A stretch of 64,000 bases of DNA, taken from Vicugna vicugna. Its lineage: Eukaryota. Location: contig MU058444.1 of assembly GCA_013265495.1 (NCBI GenBank), positions 1,364,001-1,428,000 of the forward strand. Reading direction: 5' to 3'. Position 1 is the first letter of the stretch. The number at the start of each line of letters is the position of its first letter. The notes under the pieces are model-generated. The model did no database searches, had not been told where the DNA came from, and was given only the letters and a program-made list of their open reading frames with translations. Shown here piece after piece: positions 39,000 to 53,234 of the stretch. Both the position numbers and the translations under genes were made by a program.

Positions 39000-39944
39000 A
39001 GCGAGTTATTTATCCACAGCACAAAAACTAGTTTTGGCAATTACAGACATGTAATCCACACACATTTGACATCTGCCATTCTTGCAGTCTCAGTTTATGA
39101 TGATGTACTTACATTTTGTATCCCGCTTACAAAAAAAGAGCCAAATCAAAAAGCATAGTAGAAACTAACATCACAAGTTTAATATAGAAATATATTTAAA
39201 CAGCACATTTAGAGAATAATATAATAGACTTTCGTTTCTTATTCTTATAACGGTATACCATCAATTCAAAAATATATTACTTAATGTACTCCATTATAGT
39301 TACTATCAAATTCACTTTAAGATAAACTGTATTTTCAAACAGCATTGCAATATTCCTGGATTACAAGCGAACCCATAACATTTTGAAGCTATTTCTGAGA
39401 CAAGTTTTATTTGCAAAGTCCAAAAGGGTGATTAATAAACGATACTTTATGATTACTTCAGATGAACTGTAATAAGGCTAACTGTGAAGCCAACAGAAAT
39501 AGCAAGTTATCCACAAAATGTCATTCTTCCCAAAGTCAGTGGGTTAAAGGAAAACCTTAAAAGGCAGAGAGAGTGACAGAGAAAATAAATTAATTTCAGA
39601 GGCTAGAACACACAGGCACATACACACAACAGAACCTTCCCATTTGGAATTATTTGTGCTTGGCGGAAGGTTTACAGAATCCCCTTCCAAAATAGGGTTT
39701 TCAATGAGCTCATTCTCAAAGATATGAAAAATGGATTTCAGCTGTTCTTTTCGAAATGGCAATTCTGTCAAAGCCATTCTGGGATTTGGGGTAATTTCCT
39801 CCAGTTTAGTTTCAGTGCTTTTACCCTAAATAAAATCCCCAGCATCACATCAATCAGCAAGCTCGGTTACAAAAGAGAGCTACAGAAAACGGCTCCGGCT
39901 GCCTCCTTGCTCGGCTGTGTTTTATGCACACAGCCTCTCGTCGC

Positions 39945-39964
39945 GGGGGGGGGGGGGGGGGGGG
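39945..39964 (+). repeat. G20 homopolymer (C20 in the BMP5 3'UTR sense strand)
   Basis: Read directly. Confidence 0.9.
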
Positions 39965-40705
39965 TCCGCAGCAGCAGTGTTCTAGACAATAGGCAGACAT
40001 GACTGATTTGAGGTAAGAAGGTTGTACTACGCTTTTTGAGCGTGAACTTGGAAAGTGATGGCCCCAGGCTCACGTCTGTCTCGGCGGAATTCCTGAAGCT
40101 TTGAGCTCTTTGCAGAATCTACACTCCTCAAGCCAAGAAGGAACGTGCAGCCACACCGATTCTGTTAGAGCGAACAGTTAGAACAATTGCGTGCAATCGT
40201 TCAGCAACGGTGGTCCGCCTCCCGTGTATCTGTTCGCATCCAGTTCAACATTTCCCTTTATCTAATGAAGCAGAAACTCACAAAGAAAAAACTGTGTTCA
40301 TCCAAGCATTTTTGTTTGGGTTTTTTTTTTTTTTTTGGTTTTATTTCTAAATCAATACTCTATCATAGTTTTCATTGGCAGAGCATAACCAAATGCATTC
40401 CATTTCCTTCAACAACACTTAACAGTTAAAGGAGTTCTGTCTAATTTCAGAAAATTATATAAAAGTCATATTTTAAAATGTTGAAATGGAATTGGACTCA
40501 GCCTAGCCCATTGAAAGTTAGACTGGGCCATCTACTGCATGAAGCAGTGACCTATCAAATAGATTTTTCTTGAAAAGGCATCCACAAAGGAGAATATAGA
40601 CCTTTAAATAAATAAAAAATAATACATGATATTGTACATAGGTTAGAGAAATGAAATGAACCAGACTAATTTCATGAAAGTCCCCTTTTATCTGAAAAGA
40701 TACTT

Positions 40706-40711
40706 TTTATT
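40706..40711 (-). terminator. Proximal poly(A) signal candidate (AATAAA)
   Basis: Canonical hexamer about 55 nt downstream of the BMP5 stop codon. Confidence 0.6.
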
Positions 40712-40764
40712 GTAGTCATAAACCTTAATACAGATCTTTGTCTTATAACCGTTATCCTCTCAGG

Positions 40765-40914
40765 TCAGTGGCAGCCACACGAACGCACTACCATATTTCT
40801 GTATTTTTTCAAAATGACATTGGAGCTGTCATCAAAGTACAGCACAGAGATGGCGTTTAATTTGGTCGGAGCACAGCAAGGCTTTGGTACGTGGTCAGGA
40901 AACATCAGATGAAC
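40765..40914 (-). CDS. BMP5: BMP5 last coding exon (inferred exon 7), including TGA stop
   Basis: cccag acceptor, 150 nt. Translates [49 protein letters not shown]. The MFPDHV and RSCGCH residues match BMP5 rather than BMP6 or BMP7. Confidence 0.99.
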
Positions 40915-42934
40915 CTGGGGGCAGAAAGAACGTTTCGGTTTGTTAAGAAATCAGGTAGACATTCTGTCTGCAGCTTTCAAGTCAGATTCTTGTTTTATGA
41001 CTCACGGTCCGGCACCCCCTGAAGCTGCATACACCCCTTCTCTTATTTATGGTGGGGTGGGGTGGGGGCCGGTGAGGAAGGATGTGTTCTTAAGCATTAA
41101 CTCCTAGAGTTGACCCACCAGTTCTAATGACGTATTGGGGCTTTGAAAAATATTCTGCCAAGGAAGGAAAATGCTCTCTATGGAATATTTAGTGGGAATT
41201 TTCCTAGGGGAGAGAACATGGCAACTGGTAGTGGGTTCCTTTCGGTTAGAATGACCGCTTCTGTTTACTTCATGAGAAATCCTGAAGTTACACATGCAAT
41301 CAATGAAGCCACACGATTGGGCTGTAGGAAGATTTGGATCTAAGAATTATTTTTTTAAAGGATACTTAGACAATAAATCATAAAAAGTACACCAACTCTT
41401 CACTTCCCTTGGTAAAGGAAGCATAAAAAGTACAGCAAAAGAGACGCTGGTAAAACCCAGTGCTTGTTTCAAAGCCACGATTTCAACTCTTCTCCCTGTA
41501 ATTTTTTAACCAAATTGGCCAGAGGTTAGCATCCTTTGACTTTCTCCCTCCCCTAGACAAGTGCCAAAAAGCTGGCTAAGCTAAATCAGATGCAGGGAGC
41601 CTAGATATTTCACAAAGTGAAGATCCATCTTCCCCCAAAGCCTAAAAAAGTACAAGGAAAATGAAATGCTTAAGTAAAGGGTTTGTTCTCGGGCAATTCG
41701 GTCGTCAGCAACCGAGCAAGGCGCCAGGACGGGGTCCCCCCTTCCCCTCCCCGCTACCCTGGCCGGCCCTCGGAGGAGTTTATGGGAAGTCCCACTGCAG
41801 AGTCCCAGGGGACCTACAAAGAGAAAATACAGCTCTGAGAGTCTTGGCTGCACCTCGTCCCGGAGGCTGAGATGATATAGGAGCCCTGCCTGTGGACAGA
41901 AACAGCAGGAAAAATGAGGTGAACGGACATGGGCTTGAAATTTCCTAAGACCTCGTGAAACTGGAAGTTGGATGGTTTCTCTGAATTTCAGAGGCAAGAG
42001 CACCCCTCGTCAGCTTTCTCCCATCTCCCCCACATCTGTGATGGATAACCCCCCGCTTCCACCGCCTCGGCCCCCTCTCCAAGCCATCGCTCCAAAAAAA
42101 AAAAAAGAAAAGAAGAGCATTCATGTGTTGTTTCTCAAAGATGTTAGTCACAAATATGCGTTCTCTTAACAACAAACACGCCTGTCTTCTTGTTTCACGG
42201 CCCTCACAGAACAGGCGTAGAGAGTATACAATGCCAGGAAAAAAACCCCCAAAACCAGCCAACCTTCCCATGTACGTCTCAAGCTCCGCCGTGGCTTACA
42301 CCCTGCCTCCCAGGACAGTGATGCAGCCGCCGTCCCGTCCAAGTCTGCGTCAGAGTTTTAAAAAATGTTTGTTTTCAGACACTGCCTTGTAGACTACAGT
42401 CCTAAAAGCTGGCAATAGGCAGTTATATATTTATAAAAAAAAAAAAAGAAAAAAAAAGAAGAAGGGGATATTTGACAAAGAGCTTTTTCAATAATTAAGC
42501 AATGCATAGCCTGAGGAATTGGATGTGTTAGATATGGATCTAAGAAGCCCAAAAAGCTCTCGGAGTCACTGAAATGACAGCACGAAGAGCTCCATGTCTG
42601 GGAAGCTAAGTGGCATTTCTCTACAGGCTACAAGGGGCTGTTCCTCTGTGACCCAACAGGGCGCATCACTCTCCGTGACTGGCTCTCAGGGGATGTGAAG
42701 TCTCATGCAGAAGAACAGAAGGCTGGGCTCCACGCACTTTCTTTTTACTGCAGCAAGTCTGAATGCACCATACCCTTCCCTGCACCGCACACCTGCTCCC
42801 CGCCCTCCCCGGAAAAGATATCCTGTATCAAGAAGCGTTTATCCTTACAGCTAGCAATGTGAAGGCATATCTGGACTTAAAACTTCCCCTCTCCCCGGAA
42901 CTGACTCTATACTTTGTACTTGGCTACCTCAGTC

Positions 42935-43248
42935 AAAAGAAAACAGGCTCATAGTCATACAGAGCAACCTTATGGCTACCGGGGGGAAGAGGGTGGAAAC
43001 GGAGACGTGGGGAGTTTGAGATTCACAGATACTAACTACTATATATAAAATAAACCAAGTTTCTACTGTACAGCCCAGGCAACTCTTCAATATCATGTAG
43101 TAACCTATAATGAAAAAGGATATGAAAACAAATCTATGTATGTATGTGCATGCCTGTGACATAATGCAGTGCACCAGAAACCAACACAACATTGTAAACT
43201 GACTATACTCAATTAAAAAGTTCCAGCAAAAAAAAATCAATAAAAAGA
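42935..43248 (+). mobile_element. Young L1 3' end in the last BMP5 intron
   Basis: gggagtttgagattcacagatactaactactatatataaaataa...caacacaacattgtaaactgactatactcaat plus A tail. Confidence 0.88.
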
Positions 43249-43705
43249 ATATTTATATATAACTACCTTTCAAAATACTCATTTGTTTTCTCCCTCTGTT
43301 TCGTGTTTACTCCCGAGTTACCTCCCAAGTTTCCGACAATGCCTACACGTGAGTGGTCACAGGCACGCATCTTTGGGGTCTAGCTCCCCTGCAGAAACTC
43401 TGAGGGCAGCAAGATGCCGGCAAAACATCAAGTCAAGGATGGAGGCTGCCAATGTACACACACCATTCCCCATTCAGAAGGAAGCTGGGGTGCTCTTTCC
43501 GTCAACTTTAAAGTTTAAATTAATTGTGGGGAAAAAGGAACCTTCTGAAGAAGTCATCTGCTCACAGACTCGAACAGTTACTCTTTTTGTTGGTCATAAA
43601 CATGCCTCCCCCACAAAGACAGACTTTTTTCTAGTACCTACGGCTTTCCGACTGCCGTCCACCAAATAGCTCCACTCCCTTCATTGTCTTGAATCTAAAG
43701 AGAGA

Positions 43706-45046
<1,341 letters not shown>

Positions 45047-46028
45047 TTCATGAATGAAAACATAATCGTGAAATAGCATTCTAAATATCATTTAAACAGG
45101 AAATGATGAACTCTGGAGAGTTCAAGTGAACCAGAAAGGAAAATAAGAATGAACTTAATTGCGATAATTTCCATTACTTCTTAAGAATGCATTCCTGCTT
45201 TCAGAAGCTTGACGACCTCCTAAAGCTTCAGTATGTGTCCCTCGTCCTGTTTTTCCTTCCATGCAGGCATTAACTTTATAGTCTCTTTAGAAGGAATGAA
45301 TTAGAACAAATTCCTGGGTACCGTACGTGAAAAATTTGGGGAAGCTAAAAAGTTGGTGCCTGTAACGGTTGCCCTGATATTTTTTTCCCCAGGGATGCAA
45401 AACTTGGCACAAACATAAAATTATTGAACAGTTTGTGTTGAAGGTTTATCACAAATTTGAAAATGCTTACATTTTTAATATTACTTCTCAGTACAACAGG
45501 TCATATTCTGAGGATCCATTGTAATGGAGCAATCCAAACAATTCAACGCAAACTATTGCTACTTAGAGCCATTAAACACTTATTTTGATTAAATCCTCCT
45601 CCTCACCCTGTTTGTGAAGCATATGTAAAAGACAGCAATCAGATTTTTAGGTACAAGAAACAAATTTTTATTCTGCAGATCTACCTTATAACCAGAGGAG
45701 GCAAATGGAATTGCTCATGTTAATCTGAAAACCTGGCATTAAGACTAAAATTTGGGATATTTACACAGCAGCACTTTTTTTCACTTTCTAAAGATCACAG
45801 GGTTGAATTTATTCTACAGCATAATTGCTTTTTACCATAAGCCCTAATAATTATGTTTCAATGGTGAGAGGATAATGAAGAAGTAAAAATGACGTGGATA
45901 ATCCACACACTGAATAGTCATATCAAAAATAATTGGTTACTGTATCGGAAAAATTACTGGCAAAGATTATGTGTCACTCAGGATTCATAATAAAGCAGAA
46001 AAGCAGGGACCAATCTGGCAATTCTCAC

Positions 46029-46105
46029 CTGCCATCCCAGATCCCGGAAACTCACATAGAGTTCATGCTTCTTGCAGGCTTGTTTCTGTTCACTTGTGTT
46101 ATAAT
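46029..46105 (-). CDS. BMP5: BMP5 coding exon (inferred exon 5)
   Basis: 77 nt, ttcag acceptor and gtgag donor. Continues the phase-1 junction as (D)[25 protein letters not shown], containing the first conserved Cys. Confidence 0.98.
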
Positions 46106-46214
46106 CTGAAGATGAAAATCAGATTTTAAAGGAAATGTCAGCTTAGCAGGTATCCTAGTATTTCTTTTGTGACATCCCTGACAAAAGAAAAAGGAGGCTG
46201 TGTTTGATGTTGTA

Positions 46215-46345
46215 AAACCTGAGTTCGAATCTCAAAGCGAAAGCCACTGGCTTAACCAGGTGAACTTCAGTAAGTCACGTGTCCTGAGTTTCTTCTTCGG
46301 TAAAATGCAGACAAGACCATCTACCTCGCGAGGTTCTGACGAGGA
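46215..46345 (+). mobile_element. MIR SINE
   Basis: acctgagttcgaatctc, cagtaagtcac, cctgagtttcttcttcggtaaaatg, atctacctcgcgaggtt. Confidence 0.65.
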
Positions 46346-46639
46346 TGGGGCTGGGTGCTCTCTGTTGTGACGGTGCTGCAGCCTGCTGCCTGCCCCTCAA
46401 TAAACCCTCATTCAGTAATTCACTCAAACTACAGTGGCACTTCATACATCCATGTATATTAAATATTCACACAATAGGTTTTAAATTCTCCCATGAGGCA
46501 AGTACCCAGAAAGGACCAACTGGGATGTTATGGGGTTGATTTTATTTTAATAAATATCATAAACCCCGGATGCCCAGAGTAGGGAGTCTGATTGTCCCCC
46601 TCCCAGACCCCCACAAATTTGTTCCACCTGATGACTGAC

Positions 46640-47523
46640 AGCCTTTCCCTGGCCAAGCAAACAAACCAAAAACTGGAGTCAAATCATACTCCTTCTCTCA
46701 CTTCCACATTCAATTTGTCAGGAAATCCTTACCCATTTTATCTTCATTAAATACCTCCAAAACTCACCGACCCTCAGCACCTCCGTGACTGGTTCTGGTC
46801 CAAGTCATCATCATCCCGCACCTGCATCACGGCCGTAGCCTCACCGCTATCTTCCCGCTCTGCCCTGGCCCCTCCGCATCAAAGCAGCCGAGGGGACCTT
46901 GACCGAGCCGACTGAATCCTGCCCCTCTCTGGCCAAATGTCCCACTGCGGTTCCCAGTATCGCTAAGGCTCACCAGGCTCCCTGTGCCTTGGCCCCATCA
47001 CCCCTCTGACCTGTTTCCTCTCCGTCTCTCCACTATGTCGGTGCCACCTCCTTGCTGTTTGGCGCCCAGGTCATCTCTCCCACCTCAGGGTCTTCACTGT
47101 CAACCCCTACCCCCCGTCCCCCACCAACTCTACTTCACTAACACCTATAGCTTCTTCCACTTTTCTCTCAAGCATCATCTTGACAGCGACGCCTCACTGA
47201 CTGCCCCGTTTCAGATCGCAGTGCCCACTCTGATGCTCCTGATCGCCCTCCCCTCACTTGTTTTTTTTTTTCCATTTTGCTTATCATCCTTTAATAGGCT
47301 TTGCCGTTGACTCCTTTGTCATGTACATTGGTTCTCGCCTGTTTCCTCGCTCTAGAACGTCAGCTCCGCAAGAGTCAAAATCTTTCTGGATTCCTGTTGG
47401 TTCCCCACAAGAGTGAAAATCTGGCTAGGTTCCTGTCGGTTCTCCGGTCTCTCCCAAGTGGCAGGGACAGTGCCTGGCACATAGCAGGCACCCCATAAAT
47501 ATTTGAGCAATTGAGGAATGAAT
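46640..47523 (+). mobile_element. L2 3' region
   Basis: Ends acagtgcctggcacatagcaggcaccccataaatatttgagcaattgaggaatgaat, the L2 terminus. Confidence 0.8.
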
Positions 47524-48471
47524 TCCTCAGAGAGTTCCAGAAATGATTTGAAGCAAAGGAAGTACACAGTTTTCATTACTTATTTTGGAATACAATCTGA
47601 AAAACCCATAACCTTTTATTGTTGTTTTAAAGAATTAAGAATAGAGAATCCCAAACTTGCATCTGGAATAAAGTAAGAAACCGAAGGAAGACAGAGCTTT
47701 ACAGAAAATCTATATTGTCGTCTTTGGGGCTTCTGCATAATTTAAACAAATAATATTCTAAAAGCTAACCCACTTTGACTATTTGCAACACAAAATATGT
47801 AAGAGGGAAAAATGTAGGGTAATTGAAGCCGCTAAAGAACTTGTTTTCAAAGACGACAGCTAAGGTTTTCATCCAGGAATGAATGTGACTTTCCCTCTGC
47901 CAAATCAGTGTAGCAGTTTGCTGTGAAAATGAAGGTCTGTCTTCCAAGTGCCACCTCCCAGTTTAATGAAGGTGCCACCTTCCAGTTTAATCGTCCTCAG
48001 CCTCTAATGAATATTTAGGCACCTCAGCCATCCAAGGGGCCTGTCTTAGCGGCCTTTCACAGTGACTTCAACTAATTATTTATTTAATGTCAGCCTAGAA
48101 AACAAGAAAATGATTCATTTCTGAACCCAGAGACTCTTTCCTCGATCAGAGTTATTTCCATCTGCAGTCGCCTTCATTAAGACACATTAAATATGTACAC
48201 AGTGACAGAAAACGGAAGGCAGAGAATTTGAAACTTAGCACTCTTATTCTTTGGGTAAACGTCTCTCTTAATCGAAATAGCAAAAAGAGTTAACTTCATC
48301 CAGGCGATGAACAAGCGTACTGTGACAATAAGTACAATAACATGAAATGGGTAAGTTTGTATCGTTTTTAGGGATAAGGAATAACTAATTCTGAAATTTG
48401 TTTGATTGCATAAACTTCTTGGTATTTAGGTTTTTAAAAAAGTCAGCTATGCATTAGACTAAGTTTAATTT

Positions 48472-48762
48472 GCTGGCGCAAACGTTTTCTCTAAAAGGAC
48501 ACACAGTATATACTTCAGACTAAAGTCCTCTGTCAATGACTCATTTGCGGTTGTATCATGAAAGCAGCTGTAGGCAATATGTAGATGGGTGGAGGGGGCT
48601 ATATTCCAATAAAACTTTGCTAATGGATGCTAAAATTTGAATTTCCAATGATTTCTGCATGAAACAAAATATTATTACATTTTGAGTCTTTTTTCAAACA
48701 TTTGAAAATGTAAAAATCATTTTTAATAACTGGGCCGTCCCAAAACAGATGATGGCTCAAGT
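48472..48762. mobile_element. MER58B (hAT-Charlie)
   Basis: gcaaacgttttctctaaaagg, tgaaagcagctgtaggcaatatgta, ttccaataaaacttt, aaaatgtaaaaatcattttta. Confidence 0.8.
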
Positions 48763-49544
48763 CTTACTGCACCAGGCAGTGATGGGGATATTTATTCATC
48801 CTTGTCTTATTTGAAAACATTGAATGAGAATAAAGACCTTGGAGCCAATAACACACACAAGTGTATGTGAAAAGCCATAAACTATGTATGTGGTTATTTG
48901 AATTCTATGTTTATAAAAAAAGACAGAAAGTAAAGCTTGAAAGTCAAAATATATCTGTTCCATCTATGCAGTTTTTCGTGCAGGCTAAGTGATGTATATA
49001 ATGTAACATCACATAAAAGGTGACGAGCAACGAAATTTATAACAGAATCTGGTTCCAAGAGTCTGATTTCATAGAGCGTTAGGACCATATGCTTATTCTG
49101 TCAGAAATAAAAATTAATGGTACTGAGCTAAGCAAATGTTGTACCCAAACCAGCGAGGTCTGCAGCTAGGTTTGCTAAATGGTTGGCAGAATAACCTGTG
49201 TGAGGAGGGTTGAAGAAATTAGACTCGTATCTTTAAAAAATATTGATTGGCCATCCTACAAATATTAAAATGAGATGGGCATGGTCGTAGCAACGACGAA
49301 CCTGCCTACAAATGAAATGTCACGCCACAAACTGCTAAATGGTCTGGTGCCACAGCCAACACTGGAAAAATATTCCTCAACCACAAAGCAGGTATCACAC
49401 GCACCATAATTCGCTTTTTTGCCTCGTAATGGTAATAATATCTGAAACCAGTCCCCAGATAGTGAAAATATCGCCCATTTGTTTATGGTCAATTTCTGGA
49501 AACCATACAAATTTATGGGTTTTTTTTTTACTAGCTATTTAATG

Positions 49545-49875
49545 ATTTGTTTTCTTCTAGTTTTATTGAGATAGGCTTGACAGACACCCTGTGTAAGCTG
49601 AATGTGTGCAGCGTCATGCTCTGACTTACATACATCACGAAATGATGATCACAGTAAGTTTAGTGAACATCTGTCGTCTCATCCAGACACAAAATTAAAG
49701 AAAGGGAAAAAAATGTTTTCCTGTGATAAGAACTCTTAGGATTTACTCTCTTAACTTTTATAATGTACGGCAGTGTTAATTATATTTATCACTTTGTATA
49801 TTACATTTCTAGTATTTACTTATAACTGGAATTGGTACTTTTTGATTGCCTTTATCCAATTCCTCCTTCCCCCGC
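49545..49875 (-). mobile_element. Older L1 (L1MA9-like) 3' end
   Basis: ttttattgagata, ttttcctgtgataagaactcttaggatttactctcttaac, ttataactggaa. Confidence 0.8.
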
Positions 49876-50839
49876 CCTTCAACAGTGCAAATTTAATCTC
49901 TGTCTTTGTTGGATTTTTTAAAAAAATTATTTTGTCTTAGAAGAAAAGAAGGGTGAAAACCAAAATGAAATACATGGGGAAAAAAATATCCTGAGATCTA
50001 CATAGGGCTTCAATAGTCTGTCCACTAGTCCCTGAAGAAACAGCCAAATAAATAAATACATCTAGCTTATTAGCTATGAAGGTACAAAAGAAAATCAAGT
50101 CCAAAAAACTCCCTTTACTACTGTGGGTTTCCTTTTCTTTAAAATCGAGTGTTAATTTCCTTAAGGAGTTAAATATAGGTAAATCTATAAAAGAAAAGAA
50201 AACATTCCAAAATAGAATTTAACATTTAAGCACATTAATAGCTTAAACAAGCCAAATATGATGAGATACCATGTTTCAAAACAAAGAAGGAGGGGTTAAC
50301 ACTCTCTTGCTTGATTCCCAGAGGGAGATACAGGAAGTTAACTTCTACAGCATCAAGACGTTAACTAATTTGCAAGAAATGAAAATGACAAATCACTGAA
50401 GGTACAAGAGGTAAAATCGTAGGAAAGGTGTGATGGTAGAGTACTCAGTCGTAAATTTTGATATGACCTTGGGGGTAAACAAATTTATGAGAAACTCCAG
50501 ACAAATAACAATTCCGCCAAAGATGAGGGATTTCAAATGCTATTGCTGCCTTAGCTTAATCCCCATTTCCCGCAGCCAGTGAATTCCTCGCCTGAATTTA
50601 CCTACAACCTGGTAGGAATTACTGTTATTTATTTGTGTAGGGAAAACTGTGTTTTGTCCATGTATGAATGTGTGACACAAAACAGACACTGCAAAATGAC
50701 AACTGTCGCTGTGTTTGCTTAACTCTGCTTGGCAAAGCGTCTACCTGGATGATGCAAGTAACATTCTCACCTTAGAGCTCACTGACGTACAAACCCGCCC
50801 ACTAACCCGAGTCTCCAAAAGCCTGCCAGCTGCGCCTAG

Positions 50840-51950
50840 GTTTCCCAGATGCCTTCCTACCCGCCGTTTTCGCTGCTGACCTCGCCCTCTTTCCATGCTG
50901 TCTGCTCGGTTAACAGGGTCCCCGCTCAGCTAGTGGTCCACGCCAGGAAATTTATTGTTTCTTGATTTCCTTTCTTCCTGCCTCCCACCCTATGTTACAC
51001 CCACCCATAGCACCCTCTGACGGACCCACCTCTAGCCTGGCTGGCCTACCGGAAGCCCTCTGCCCTCTTGGTGCCCTCATACTCCCTCAACGTCCTCTTT
51101 GGTAACTTGGTCCTAGGATAACACTCCATCCCTGCTCCCCTCCTAGCTCTCTGACTGTAAGTCTTTTGCCTCTTTTATGAAATTTACTTAAAGTGCCGAT
51201 GTTCCCACTGGAGGCTCCATCCTCGACATCGCCCTCCTGCACTGGTTTCCATGGCAGCATCGAGTCCTGTGCTGCATCTAAGCGCTGGGCTCGTGGCTGC
51301 GTCTTCTCCCTGCACCTTCCCCTTATTCCTGATGCTCCCACCTCCAGAGTTCCGCTGGCCCCATGCCATGTATTGTGGTTTCCACCTCCCATCTCTCCAA
51401 TCTTATAATCTTCCTTGCTTGGGGTGTTGGGCTAGACTCCTAATCATACTCTGGCCTCCAGCTTCCTCCCTTGGCATCCCGTCCTTCATTCTGATGCCAA
51501 ATTTAACTTTTTAAAATGCGTATCTGATTAGGACACTCCTTTCCCCAGCTGCCTGCGCAGAAACACCACAGCCCCTGACCATCACTCACAGACTCTTTGT
51601 GGCTTGGTCCCTGCTGACATCACACTCCTCTCACACAAGAATACTTGCACCCCCAGCCATTCGAGACCGGTACCTGGCTCCGTAACCGAGCTCGTAAGTC
51701 TGAAATGGCTTCACTCACCCCTCCATTTCCGGAAAATGTCTATTCTCTCATGAGTCCCTCATGAGGTCTTGTGGGGCATACCTGGGCACCGCTCAGGCGC
51801 TCTGGGCTCATTCGTCTCGCACCACCCGTACCTACTCTAACAGAATTGATCTCCCGATAATTACTAGCGTGCATGTCTTTCCCATTGTCTTTGGGAGCAC
51901 CTTTTAAGAAGCAAGATTCTTATGTTACCCACATTTTATCAGCGTAGAGT
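50840..51950 (+). mobile_element. Degraded L2 fragments
   Basis: Pyrimidine-rich L2-like text such as ctcctaatcatactctggcctccagc and tttttaaaatgcgtatctgatta. Confidence 0.45.
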
Positions 51951-52269
51951 TACTACTGTGTCTGCCACCCACTGGATGTTGATTTAATATGGAATACCTA
52001 TTTCACAGTAAACCACGCCCAGATATGTTCTCTCCGCGAACTTTCTCCAAAAAGACACTTGACAATAAGTGACCAAGGGCAGGGGTACTTACTAGAGAGA
52101 CAGAGGGAGAGAGAGAGAATTTCTCGTTTTCTCTAATGTAAAAGTCTGAACTCTTTCTGTACCAGTTCTGAAAAACCAAACCACATGAAGTCATTTGAAC
52201 AAGAGCAATGAGAACGTCTAACACTGAATGAGCATGTAACCACCGCTGTCGGTTTTTACACATACTAGA

Positions 52270-52405
52270 TCACTGAATCCTCACAACACGTGTCATTTTA
52301 CCCTATGAGGCCAGTATTATTAACATTCCCTCTTTACAGATGAAGAAACAGAGGCAGAGAGAGGTGACATATCTTGTCCAAGATGATACAACTGGTAAGT
52401 AGTGG
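52270..52405 (-). mobile_element. MIR SINE
   Basis: ccctatgaggccagtattatt...tttacagatgaagaaacagaggcagagagaggtgacatatcttgtccaagat. Confidence 0.85.
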
Positions 52406-52692
52406 CCCCAGGGTTGGATGACAGAATGATGGGTGACAGAGAGAGAAATGCACAGATGGACAGACAAGAAGATCACTAGAGCCAGATGTCGCATGCACCA
52501 AAATAAGTGTTGTTTTAGAAGGGAGTTCCAAAATTTCACACATTCAAGACACAGACACCAGCTTTTAGCATTACTTACTGTAGAAATCACATGCATTAAC
52601 ACCATTCTCACATGGGCAGCCTTATAGGATTTTCATGGCAGCATTGATTTTCTAAAGCCCCAATTTTTTTTGAATGATTTTGCCCTTGTTTT

Positions 52693-52700
<8 letters not shown>

Positions 52701-52724
<24 letters not shown>
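52701..52724 (+). repeat. (TG)n microsatellite
   Basis: Read directly, preceded by (TA)n. Confidence 0.9.
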
Positions 52725-52725
<1 letters not shown>

Positions 52726-52729
52726 ATTC

Positions 52730-53232
52730 ATTTTTTTAATCAAACTATAGTCAGTTTACAATGTTGTGTCAATTTCTGGTGTATAGCATCATGTTTCAGT
52801 CATACATGTACATATTCCCTTTCATACACTTTTTTTATTATGGGTTATTACAAGATTTTGAATATAGTTCCCTGTGCTGTACAGTAGGACCTTGTTGTTC
52901 ATCTATTTTATATATAGTACTGAGCATCTGCAAACCTTGAACTGCTAATTTAACCCTTCCCACCCCCTTCCCCCTGGTAACCGTAAGTTTGTTTTCTATG
53001 TCTGTGAGTCTGTTTCTGTTTTGTAAATAAGTTCATTTGTCTCCTTTGTTTTTTTTTCTTTTTAGATTCCACATACAAGTGATATCATATGAGATTTCTC
53101 TCTCTGGCTTACTTAGTATGACAAATCTCCAGGTCCATCCATGTTTCTGCAAATGGTATTATTTTATTCCTTCTTATCGCAGAGTAGTATTCCACTGTAT
53201 AAATAAACCACATCTTCTTTATCCAGTCATCT
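52730..53232 (-). mobile_element. Young L1 3' end
   Basis: ORF 53109-53300 includes DDWIKKMWFIYTVEYYSAIRRNKIIPFAETWMDLE (ORF2p C-terminus). The 3'UTR matches the other young copies. Confidence 0.92.
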
Positions 53233-53234
53233 TT

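Larger units (their letters stand above)
38975..40764 (-). other. BMP5: BMP5 3'UTR (distal end approximate)
   Basis: Follows the stop codon and lacks recognisable interspersed repeats. Minus-strand AATAAA at 40706-40711, 40340-40345 and 39406-39411, and ATTAAA at 38994-38999. Confidence 0.6.

Noticed and set aside
48537..48543. AP-1 motif TGACTCA
   Set aside because: A lone 7-mer inside MER58B with no supporting context.
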